Source of the DNA: Marsupella aquatica
Lineage: Eukaryota; Plantae; Marchantiophyta
NCBI GenBank assembly: GCA_973895155.1
Contig: OZ316891.1
Coordinates: forward strand, 32,021,808 to 32,085,807
DNA: 64,000 nt
Reading direction: 5' to 3'
The notes beneath the pieces were generated by a model. It ran no database searches. It was not told where the DNA came from and worked only from the letters and a program-made list of their open reading frames with translations. Positions 35,802 to 46,556 of this stretch are shown piece by piece. The position numbers and the translations under genes are program-made. How positions within the stretch are numbered: the stretch's first letter is position 1; each line of letters opens with the position of its first letter.

Positions 35802-36316
35802 ATGGTTGGTGGCAGTTGGGCTTATTTTACTGTTGGTGGATTGTTGTTTCCTGCTGCCTGGAGGTGTCACTGTAAACGTACTGGGTGGGCTCAAATCTCG
35901 GCGGCAGACTTTGGTGGGTATGTTGCCTTTCCTAGATCAATAGGCGCTATTACGGCTCCTCCTCCGGGTTGCCATATGGCTGGCCACAGTTAGGACTCTC
36001 CTGCATGGGTTGGTGCTAAAACATTTCTTGGCACCGCCTGAGGATGCAAGAGATGTTGAATCTATCATGAATGAGGATGCACAGTCCAAAGTGGACATCT
36101 ACTTTTCAGCAGATGAGTTAGACAAGCCCGATGTTGTAGGTGGTTCCTTGTTGCCTGATTTGGCAGATGATATAGTTCTTTCACATATCTGGCTGAGGGT
36201 TCTTGTGGTGTCCTGTGCACAAGATATCTGCAAATATAGATTTAATGTACATGCCTGAGTACCTGAGGTCTGAGTGGCATCGAGAACAGGGTTGGTACCC
36301 ATATCTCACCTGGTAA
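35802..36316 (+). pseudogene. F-box-like cargo gene, copy 2 (frameshifted and deleted)
   Basis: SLLPDLADDIVLSHIWLRVL...ICKYRF, colinear with 26351-26953 with a 3' deletion. Confidence 0.6.
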
Positions 36317-36666
36317 TAAGGTGAGATATGTGATACCTCTCTCACACCTGTGCCTGTGACTATACATGATTGGACTCTGATATGGTCATGGGTGTACATG
36401 CAGAGGTGGTACATTTGAGGACAGCGGAGGAGGTGGTGACACCCTCCAACATTTAGGAATTTTGTGTCATTCACTTGACAATAGGTACACTACTCGCGAA
36501 CCTGCTTTTTTCTTTTGGGGTGGTTTAGGGTTTGTGAGAATTTAGTACACGTTATATATGTTAACTCTTTTGGTAAATATAGTCAGGGATATATGGAACA
36601 CAAATACCACCATTAGGCATACTTGTTCACTGCTGTCCATGACTGCAGAGCTCCCAGCCTGTTACA

Positions 36667-39600
36667 ATGCACCCTGGTCACCACCCTCCCCAGACCCAGC
36701 CCAGGGCACAGGCACTGCCTTTGCATCATCCCACAAGGATATCACGCCATGATAATAAGCTTTGGCAACGTGAAAGGTTACGAACCAGACTTTTAGGAGC
36801 CAGTAGGATGAGATGTCCTTGTGCAATCTGCCAAGGATCCCGTACTAGGGGTCTGAATGAGGTTTGGCGGCATATCGCGGTTCATGGAAGAGATCCATGA
36901 CATCAAGTTTGGAATGATCCTGTAGAGGAAGATTCTTCCTACGAGGAGTGGAGGTTAGAATTTGATGCTGCCAATGCTGCAAGACGGGCAAGTGAGGTTC
37001 TGCCTAGTGCATTTAAAAATGTTGTAGCTGGTCTCTGTGGGTTGTCAGCTCTCCAACGGGATGGTGCTCAGGCAGCACCACGTGACGAAGGAATTCATGT
37101 GGAAGAGATGGTGAGAGACATCTTCCAAGACTTGGATGCATTTCATGATGGGCTGGACAACAAAGAGGATACGGCTGCAGATGCAAGTGTGCCCCCTGTC
37201 GAAGAGCCTCTTGATGAGTTTGAGATAGGGCAGGAAACCCCTGGGCATGATGGGATGTTTGGCTCTCCCCTGCAAATACAGGAAGGCAGGAAGTCTTTGT
37301 ACCCCGGTAGCAAATGTTCTAAATTGGGATTTGTCATCATGTTCCTGAACATTTGCGGCAACCACAATGTCCCCAACGTTTTGGTTTCTGAGTTGTTGGC
37401 ATTCTTGCGAACAACTGTGCTACCAGATGGTAATATTTTGCCCAAGAATATGTACGAGGCAAAAAGATGCATAATTATCTAATCTTGGATTGAACTATGA
37501 TTCCATCCATGCCTGTCCTGATGGGCATGTTCTTTTCAGAAAGGAGTATAAAGAATCGTTGACATGCCCTAAGTGTGGGAAGCACAGGTATCGGAACTCA
37601 AGAAAGTCTATGGTTCCCGCCAAGGTACTTCGTCATTTTCCACTCATTCCCAGACTTCAGCGGATGTTCAGAAGCCGTGCCATCTCGGAGATGATGACTT
37701 GGGCAACTGACAAGAAAAGTGATGATGGGCTACAACGACATGCTGTAGATTCAAGGCAATGGAAACTCATAGATGAGATGTATCCCGAATTTGCTACTGA
37801 GCCGAGGAATGTCAGACTTGGGCTGTCATTGGATGGGGTAAACCCATTTGGAGACAAGAACAACAAATTTTTGTGCTGGCCTATAACTATTTTGAATTAT
37901 AACCTTCCTCCTTGGATGACTACAAAGCGATTTTTTGTTCTAATGGTCCTACTGATACCAAGGCCAAACAGTGCTGTATCTGCCAACATAGATGTGTTTC
38001 TGGCTCCCCTAGTGGAGGAATTGAGAAAGCTTTGGGAGGAAGGAGTCCTCACATATGATGTCCTACAGAGGCTTGGGAGGTTAAACCCATTCATCCTTAG
38101 AGCCATCATCATTCTGACTATAGCTGACTACCCAGCCCATGGGATGATATCAGACCAAACAACAAAAGGATATTGTGCTTGTACTATCTGTGGGCGCAAT
38201 GTCACCAGTGAGTACTCCAGAGCCCTGCAGAAAGTGATATACATGGGCCATCGTCGTTTTTGGAAGGCAGATCACCCTTACAGAGAAAGACATGCACTGA
38301 TTGCACACTTTGGCAATGAGATTGAGCAACGTGGACCCCCGGCACGAGTGACCAAAGAGGAGATCAGGCAGTGGGGAGCACTGAGGGATGACTATATCAA
38401 ACGAGGGGGCAGGGAAGATGGAGTGAGTGATCCAATAAAGCGATATGGTGTAAAAAGACTGAGCATATTGGACTTGGAGCTCAAGTATTGGAGGGTAAGC
38501 CTCTTGGAGTTGATGCTAATTGGGATACATGTTTTGGTTTAGAGCATGTGCATTCATTTCGAAGAGAGAGACTAAACTTGAGGCATTTGCTGACGCTTTT
38601 GCATTGCAATGGTGCAGGAGTTTGAGCCAAGCAAACATAACATTGTTGTTATGCACATTGAGAAGAATATTTGTGAGAGTCTACTCAGATTCTTGTGTGG
38701 AGAGAAAGACACTGGTTCAGTGAGATTGGATCTTGAACAGAGGGGAATGAAACCCCATCTTTGGTTGAGGCCACATGCCCACAGAGCTGATGTGCTCTTG
38801 AAGTACCAAGCGCCCTATGTTCTGACAGACACAAAGTGACAACTATTTGTGCAGAGCTTGAGTTCTTTGAAGGTTCCTTCAAACTTTGGCAGTGCTTTCA
38901 AGAAGCACATCATGACTAGAAAGCTTGGTAGTATGAAAAGCCATGACTACCATATGTTGATGCAACAGGTGTTGCCTTTATGTCTGAGGGGCCTGTTGCA
39001 AAAGCCTGTTCGTAATGTGATCATGCGACTCAGTGATGTGTTTCGTCGTATTTGTGTGAAGGTTTGGGATGAAACACACTTCCCACAACTGACAGAAGAT
39101 GTCGCTCAGGTGCTGTGTGACCTGGAGATTTATTTTCCTCCCGCATTTTTTGATGTCATGACCCACCTACTTGTCCATGTTGTGGAAGAACTACACCAAT
39201 TTGGGCCTGTGAGTGCTCGTTGGTTGTACCCTTTGGAACAATACATGAAGCTACTCAAAGGTCACGTGAGAACATATTACAAACCTGAAGCAAGCATGGC
39301 TAAAGGTTACATTGAGGATGAGACTCTGGGATTTCTGACCGAATACATAGCACAATATGAGCATGTGAAGACCAGGGTGTGGAATTCTGATGAGGAGGAA
39401 GGGGTGATAGGTGAAGTACTGGAAGGGGTTGCAACCACAAAGAACCTGACCACATCTATGAGAGACTTGGCACATGACTTTGTATTGCACAACACTGTGG
39501 TGATGGAACCCTGGATACAGTGAGTGCATACATGTGCTATAATCCAGTTCATGAGCTTAAATGTTGTGTGCGTGTGATTTTCTCCTTCAGCCTGTTCATA

Positions 39601-40402
39601 TTTACCCAAGCTAATGCTGTGTGGTTGTTTGTTCAGGGAGTATGAGTCATTGAAGGTGGCCCATCCCACTGCAGGAACAACTTTTCCAGGTTTCATGGAG
39701 TGGATTAGAGTGGCAATTAGAGAGCATCACGAGACCGACCCAGACATGGATGCAGACGTTTACCTACTGTCTAATGCCCCTAGCCTGAAAGTGAAGACTT
39801 ACAAACGGATGAGAGCATATGGGAATCACTTTCAAGTGAAGGATGGTGACAGTGCCTACAGGGTGACAAATGACTGTGGGCTCATCACTGTATTTGAGCA
39901 ACAGAGCCACAATCATGACAGGGCCTGGATGGAGATGGGATATGTGGGAGAATTAGTTGACATATGGGCTCTGGACTATGGGGCGGTGTCCAGTCCTGTG
40001 ATTCTTATGAAAGGTTCATGGGTGCGGCAGGATTGGCTTGGTAATAGACCTACCATGAAGAGAGACAACGACGGTTTCTTGCTGGCCAATTTCAGAGGGA
40101 AATTGCCCGAATGGTCTGAGCCATTTGTGTTTCCCAGTCAGGTGGAGCAAGCTTTCTTCTTGGATGTGGAAGACTCCCCAGGTTGGCGTGTAGTGTGGCA
40201 TAAACAGGCCAGGCAACGTTGGATGGAAGGATCAAACCTTGAGTTTCATTTACACTCTCATAGTGCCTTTGATCGTCGGCGTTCAGACCAAGTGCCTGTA
40301 GTTCATGATAGCGAGGACTTCATTCCTGTGACAAGGGTAGATGCAATTGCTGAAGGAGGCAAATTCAGAGATGCAGATGCCAACAGTGTGCCTGTGCCAT
40401 GA
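36667..40402 (+). pseudogene. tnpD: CACTA transposase (Tnp2/TnpD): transposase-associated domain, Tnp2 core, DUF4218- and DUF4216-like regions; spliced and degraded
   Basis: Motifs RMRCPCAIC; IHACPDGHVLF..CPKCGKHRY..PAKVLRHFPLIPRLQRMF; FATEPRNVRLGLSLDGVNPF; YNLPPW; ADYPAHG; VMHIEKN; MKSHDYH; FPPAFFDVMTHL; EPFVFPSQVEQAFF. Introns near 38495-38597 and 39520-39636. Several stops and frameshifts. Confidence 0.92.
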
Positions 40403-42585
40403 GTAATGTTGAATTGTTTGCATGGACATTAGTGAGGGGATGTGTAATAAAGTAATTCTGAAGCAACACAGATGTATGGATGGATGCCTGGTGATTGTGG
40501 TTGCATTGTGTTATATGGGGTGACCATAGATGACATGTTTTTGTGGTCCAGTAGGATGGAACAGAGTGACACAGAGATGTGTGAGTATGAAAGGAAAGCT
40601 ATGGAACAACGAGCATACGTGAAAGCCAAAATTGTAGAACTGGATCTGGAAAAGGATGTGGCTGAATTGTGAGGGAACGATTCTCAACTACACCCCTCCG
40701 CTGAGTTTGTGTGACATGAATAGTTCAATGTGGCACTGAAATTGTGACTGTATTCTCATATTGGAATGCCGCAGAGCAGCAGGTTTTTCAAAGAAACAAA
40801 AGGAGTACGCAAGAAGGGTGACCAACACTATCTCTGGGCCTGTGCGTTGGAGTGACAGGTTGAGCAAGAAGGTCGTACCTACAAGGCAGAATGTGGAGAT
40901 GACATGGATGCTATGCAAGTGGGTGCAGACACTAGACAAGAAGATGCAGATGATGAGTATTTTCCAGAGGAAATGGATGAGGATGGGGGTTATGAAGATG
41001 AATACATTGCAGAGCAGCCCCAAAAGAAATAGGTAAGTAGTTTTCCCAACAAGCTAGGTTTAGAGTTAAAACTCTTGTTGAGAGGTTTCATATGTTCAGT
41101 ACTACACCCTATGTACCTTGCTTAGTTCCTGACATTGTAGTTGGTGATGTGATGCAGCGTCCTGCCAATTCTGTTTTGCCTGCAAAGCCCGTGCATGCAC
41201 CATACCAACAGGGGGGGCTGACCTCTGATCAAGGTTGGCGAGGTGGTAGTAGTGGTAGATCCCAAGCTGGTGCCCAATACTATGGCAGGGGGCAAGCTCT
41301 AGGTTATGCCCGTGGTAGAGGCAGAGCAGGCCCAAAACCCACAGTCTCGTGGGTATGGACGTCCACCTCAACCATGGGGATGTGAGTATATATCTATATG
41401 CCAGTTATTTGTGAAGGCATGGCACTCCTGAATTTCAGACTGCATATCAATTTTTGACATTGTTTGGGATGTATTGGATTCAGACAACATGAAATTCTGT
41501 CAACCTGCCATTGCATGCAAATTCTGCCCAACCTGATTGGGCAAATGCTGGTAATGATCAGTTCCAATGTCCACAAGGACAGACATGGGTTGAACCAGGT
41601 TGGGAGGATGGTGGTGGGTCGTGGAATGAACAAGGTTGGGAAGGTGGTGAAGGTAATTGGCAGGGATTTCAAAATACAGTACCTACAAACGTTGGAAGAG
41701 GGGCAGGTAATCTCTGATCTTGTCAGCAATGGAAGAACTCATTATATGTGGAGTCCATTGACGTGGTGGGGATTCTGCACATGTATAATAATAGAAAATG
41801 TATGTGTGCAGGTTGGACAGTCGAACCATCAACTCAAGTATTCACTAATGCCCCTATGCAGATGCAGCACGGAAGGGGGCCAGGTATATATGTTGGTGAA
41901 AGTTCATATGTTTTCCTATAGTTTGTACTACGTTTTCAATACATATGTTTGCAGCCACATACCTAGAAAGTGACATCATCCGGCCCCTGTACTAGGCTGG
42001 ACAGGTGGTCCAGGGTCACAACAATTCCAGAGTGCAGTCCCTGCACAGGCATCTACAGGTAGAGCTATAGGTACATGTATGTTTGAAGAATTTTTCTTGA
42101 AGTGAAACATTGAATGTTGCCGTCATCCATTCTGCTATATGTAGTTCTCAAGCATGAATGGCATTGTATTTTCCCAGGTGGCTTCAGAACCCCAGGTAGG
42201 GTGAATGAAGGGGTGGCCAATATGTGACGGGTACCCCGTCACGGGAAGTCACACATAACTGGTTGCAAAGGCCGATACCTTGTTAATAGTCAATGTAAAT
42301 AAGCCATTTTTTAATTTTTAGTTAATTCCGTCATTATAGGTTGATGATGCCCCAGGTGACTTTATATTCTTTCTCTCATAATAGTTCTAAGATTTGCGGC
42401 GACCTAAGTGGGCAAATATTTTGGGACCTTGAAACTAGCCAGGACCAGCCCCATAGGACTTACCGTTTTGCTTCAAGAGCTATTGTTGAGACCCCCATTG
42501 CAAAGTCAGGAGAGGGGGGGGTTTTTTTTTAAATAAATCCCTCCTCAGGAGGGCGAGTCCCATTAGTGGCCGTCCGAGAGAAAGA

Positions 42586-42910
42586 GGGGCTGCCTCGCGA
42601 GCCCATAGGGCTGCGTGCCCGGGCGATTAATGGGGCTCCGCGAGCTGAAGGGGCTGCCTCGCGAGCCCATAGGGCTGCGTGCCCGGGCAATTAATGAGGC
42701 TCCGCGAGCTGAAGGAGCGCAAGCGAGCGGGGGGGGGGGAGTTAAAGGGCCTCCCGCGAGCTGGGAGGATCACGCGAGCGGGGGGGAGTTAAAGGGCCTC
42801 CCGCGAGCTGGGAGGATCACGCGAGCGGGGGGGAGTTAAAGGGCCTCCCGCGAGCTGGGAGGATCACGCGAGCGGGGGGGAGTTGAAGGGCCTCCCGCGA
42901 GCCGGGAGGA
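42586..42910. repeat. GC-rich tandem arrays in the 5' LTR: ~64-bp unit x2, then 47-bp unit x4
   Basis: The 47-bp unit is GCGAGC-G7-AGTTAAAGGGCCTCCCGCGAGCTGGGAGGATCAC, starting at 42723. Confidence 0.9.
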
Positions 42911-43333
42911 ATGGCCGCGCGCCCTGCATAGGGCCGCGCGCAGGAGGACGCAAGGGTAAGGCCCGAGAAATGGGCCGGGGCGCATGGCGAAGGCGCCAGG
43001 AGTTTTTTCGGTTCTATTTTTTTTTCCTTCCTTTTTCTTTCCCTCTTCCTTTTGCACGACCCTCTCATTGCCGAAAGCAAAAACGGGGTTCTTCTCTCTC
43101 TTGCCGGAAGCTCTCTCCAGATTCTAATTATTTTTGAAGCTCTCTCTTTCATGGTGGATTAGTGGGGCTTGCTGGCGTCATTCTTCCAGGCATTAGTGGC
43201 GGCCGCACGGAGTAGTGACGGGAAATTGAGAGAATTTAAGTGATCGGGCTACGGGGGCTGTTTCGGGCCAGGGAATTGACATTGCCACGGGTGACGGGAT
43301 TGGTGATTGAGAAATTGATTTCGGGATGCATGG

Positions 43334-45190
43334 ATGCTAGATCAACCAGAGTTTAGTGCGTCACGCATTCGGAGATACAAGGCTGCTTACCGTGACTACG
43401 TGGAGACTCGGATTACACGGGAAAGGGAAGAGAGAGAAGTTATGATGAGCACGGGATTGGCAGCGGGTTCCTCACCGGTGGGTAGGAAGATTTTTCGTCG
43501 AATTTATCCCAAGACCTCCACCAAGGTGATGGAGGATTGTCGGAACATTTTCCAAGCCACCGGGCTTACAGAATTCATGAAGGTGGAGATTACCATCCCT
43601 TCAGGGAAGAGCTGGGACATTGAGGCCGGGATGGAGTTCCGAACGGAGGGAATCTACTTTGAATGTCTCAAACGTGTAGTGCCCCATGTGGAGTTGGCTA
43701 AGCTATTGTTTCTTGAGAATCAGAAATTCTCATTCACACCTCGGAATATCAGGGGAGAACTCACGTTGAAAATGGTAGCCACTTGGGTGACCAATCCTAC
43801 CTCCACCACCGCCATCCCTCTTTCTGCTGTCAAGGATGTTGAGTATAAGGGCTTCCTGGCCAAGGTGCATCAACGGGTTCTTGGCAACGTGCAATCCGGA
43901 GTGCTGAATGAGGAGCATTTCGTGGTAGCTATGGACATCAAGAACTACCCAGCCCATGTGTACGGATGGTGGTGCTACGGATTGAAGAAGCTATTGGCCG
44001 CTGAGCCCGGGAGTGTGAAACCAGGTGGGGCTGTACATTTGATGGGGTCATTTGTATTGGCCAGGGCAGAAGGGTTGATTGGTTCTCCGGGGCATGAAGA
44101 CACGGGATCATCTCTCACCACGGAGATCCGGAGTATTGCCACTACCGTTTTAGGGAAGCTCACGGAGGAATCATTGTCTGCTGGTGGGGAGGATAATAGA
44201 GAAGAAGAGAACCAGGAGGATGATTGCACATTGGAGTGGCTTGAATCACTCGTGGGAGATCCGAAACAGCCTCTGGAATACAACATTCCGGATGTTTACT
44301 TGGCAGAGCTACGGGATTTCAGAGAGGGAGTCCACGAGGGACTCAAGCTAGTCCACGCATTGAGGGAGTCTCTCAAGCACGCCACAGTCAAAGTAGAGAC
44401 GTTAGAGCAGAGCATCCTGTCACTGAAGGAGGTGATCAAGACCAAGGAGCAGACCATTCATGAGAAGGTCAGGCACATCAATGCAGCTCACGTAGAGATC
44501 ACCAACTTGAAGGGAGCTTTGTCCACCAAGGCCAAGGAAGCAGAAGAAGTAGGAGCGTTGAGGCAAGCATTGGCCAAAGAGAAGCAAAATTCTGGAGAAG
44601 TGATGGAGTGGAGGAACCAGGTGGGAGCACTACGGAGTCAGGTGGCAGCCTTTGAGACACGAGCGAAGAGAAGTGAGGCCCTGAGTCTAGGGAAACGGAA
44701 GAGTCCCGGCACACCTGGCTCCACACTTTCCCCGGATGTGATCTCCCAAGCTATCGAGATGGTGGTGAAGGAGGTTAGTGGGAAGTATGGACCCTTGTTG
44801 GATGGAGCCAAGAAGAGTCAGGAGAAGAGTAAGAGCTTGGAGAAGAAGCTCCGGGAGGTACGGAAATCGTTACGGGAGGCTCAGGTCAGTACGGGGATGC
44901 CACCCAGGTCTGTCACCCCCGGGACTCCCATGGCCACGGGGCAAGTTCTACCGTTGGAGTTGCGGTCCGGAGAAGAGGCTACCCTCTGGAAGGACACAAT
45001 TGGTGAGGGGTACATCAAGGCGTGGCAGGCCTTGGCTGCTTTGAGGAAGCGCGGGAGCAGCAGCACTAAGAGTACTCCGTCGAAGAAGAAGAAAAGTACG
45101 GTGGCACTCACTCCCGTGAGTGATGAGGAGGAGGACCACTCACGGGGCACAAGTCCGGGCACCGAGAGCGAAGAAGAAGAGGAGGATTAG
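43334..45190 (+). CDS. LTR-encoded 618-aa protein (5' LTR copy): globular N-terminal region, coiled coil, Lys/Ser/Glu-rich tail
   Basis: Uninterrupted 1857-nt ATG ORF wholly within the LTR. Heptad-rich LRESLKHATVKVETLEQSILSLKE... region and an NLS-like PSKKKK. Confidence 0.85.
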   Translation: MLDQPEFSASRIRRYKAAYRDYVETRITREREEREVMMSTGLAAGSSPVGRKIFRRIYPKTSTKVMEDCRNIFQATGLTEFMKVEITIPSGKSWDIEAGMEFRTEGIYFECLKRVVPHVELAKLLFLENQKFSFTPRNIRGELTLKMVATWVTNPTSTTAIPLSAVKDVEYKGFLAKVHQRVLGNVQSGVLNEEHFVVAMDIKNYPAHVYGWWCYGLKKLLAAEPGSVKPGGAVHLMGSFVLARAEGLIGSPGHEDTGSSLTTEIRSIATTVLGKLTEESLSAGGEDNREEENQEDDCTLEWLESLVGDPKQPLEYNIPDVYLAELRDFREGVHEGLKLVHALRESLKHATVKVETLEQSILSLKEVIKTKEQTIHEKVRHINAAHVEITNLKGALSTKAKEAEEVGALRQALAKEKQNSGEVMEWRNQVGALRSQVAAFETRAKRSEALSLGKRKSPGTPGSTLSPDVISQAIEMVVKEVSGKYGPLLDGAKKSQEKSKSLEKKLREVRKSLREAQVSTGMPPRSVTPGTPMATGQVLPLELRSGEEATLWKDTIGEGYIKAWQALAALRKRGSSSTKSTPSKKKKSTVALTPVSDEEEDHSRGTSPGTESEEEEED

Positions 45191-46321
45191 ATAGGCGTAC
45201 GGACGTGGGTGTACGGCCTCCAGATTTCCAACATTTTAGTGGGGGGTCACTCATGGGCTTGTTGGGATGAGCTCGCGGAGCTGATTCCAACAAGAGGCGG
45301 CGCTCCTCAAACGGAGCCAGGATGAGCAAGTTATGGCCTGGAGAACTTATGTTTTTGCGGTACGGAAACGGCCATAACTCAGGCGTCTGAAGTCCGTTGA
45401 GGGAGCGACTTAGTGATTCGGAAGCAGGAAAAGAAGAGCTATCCAGGGGTGAGCTCAGGTGTGCACTTGGAAGGGCACCTAGTTTCGGCCATTTTGGGGT
45501 GCCTCTCACTTTCAGGGTTCACGTGTACTGTTGGGGCGCCGTCGAAGGCACCGTCGGCCCCCTTGTTTTGGGTTTAGGGTTTTAGCAGCATGTGTGTGCC
45601 GCATGCTCCTCTTCAGTTTAAGGATTTCTCTTAGTGCAAGGTTTTAGCGGCGCCGCTAGGGTAGCCGCCACCGTTGTGACCCTGTGAGGGGTGCTTTGGT
45701 GTGATTTTTCAGTATTTAGGGGGATAGCCCCGAAGTAGTTAGGGGGACTCAGTGTGAAGTTAGCAAGGAGGGATAGAGTGGAGCCTGAGGAGTTTGAAAG
45801 CGTGTTCAGAGTAGTGAGGGGGAGCCATACTCATTGTCCGGAGAGGCAGGAGTTGAGTAGACGGCAGGAGGCCGGGTTACTCATGCAATGTGTATCGTTT
45901 TTCCCAAGAGATATGGATCTGTACATTTGACTTGATGGGCTTTTGTTGTGTGTTCCTTCTCCCTTTTTCGCTTTCCGAATTGTGTTCTCCCGTTCTATGA
46001 TTTGAAGAAACTTGCTTGGTTTGAGTCGGCCTTGTGAGTAGGGGTGGTGACAGCACTCTTTGGGTGACTCCGAGTGAAGGTGTAGTGGGGTAGTCGGCAG
46101 GACTTGATCAAAAGCTGTGGGGTGAGGGTAGTCGGTAGACTTGATCAAAACCTACATTTCCGGGAGCGGAAACCAAAATACTCATCCTGGTGTGAAAAGA
46201 ATCCAAATAGCGTCCCTCCACGACCCCGTAATACGATACCAACGGTTTAAGCGAAGAAAAGTGCGGTTTGCACGTATTAACCATTGGAGAGGCAAGTGAC
46301 ATAAGTGTGGTCTTTTGTTTT

Positions 46322-46339
46322 TGGCGCCGCTGCCGGGGA
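46322..46339 (+). promoter_or_regulatory. Primer binding site, tRNA-Asp type
   Basis: TGGCGCCGCTGCCGGGGA, one mismatch to the Athila-type tRNA-Asp PBS TGGCGCCGTTGCCGGGGA. It lies 20 nt after the LTR end. Confidence 0.8.
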
Positions 46340-46556
46340 ATCCTTCTTCTTGTTTGACGACACGAAGGAGGGGAGCTACGTCTATTGGGAGTTCAAACCT
46401 ATCAACCACAACGCAACTTGCGACGGTTGATACGTGAGAAGTTTGTTGGTTACTTTGTTATTGTACGTCAACCACAACGCATCGTGCGACGGTTGATGTT
46501 TACAAATATTGCTTTCTGAGACATTGGTGTAAGTTTGGAATGCAGGTCTCAATGGG

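Larger units (their letters stand above)
42223..46301 (+). repeat. 5' LTR (4079 bp)
   Basis: Direct repeat of 52920-57045 with TG...CA termini. Confidence 0.95.

Noticed and set aside
42218-42222. Target-site preference because most TSDs start with C (CCTAT, CTTGC, CAAAT, CAATA, CCCAG)
   Set aside because: Too few sites, mixed orientations and a counterexample (GTGAC).
42723-42910. 47-bp hairpin-containing repeats as a CRISPR array
   Set aside because: The units are head-to-tail with no unique spacers, there are no cas genes, and the context is a eukaryotic LTR.
43334-45190. Calling the LTR ORF an env gene or a host myosin/SMC gene
   Set aside because: No evident signal peptide or clear transmembrane anchor, and coiled-coil similarity is non-specific.
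45571-45584. TTTAGGG-type motifs (also ~1859, 10343-10400, 33407, 36524) as interstitial telomere
   Set aside because: There are only one or two units per site, consistent with common telo-box-like motifs rather than an array.
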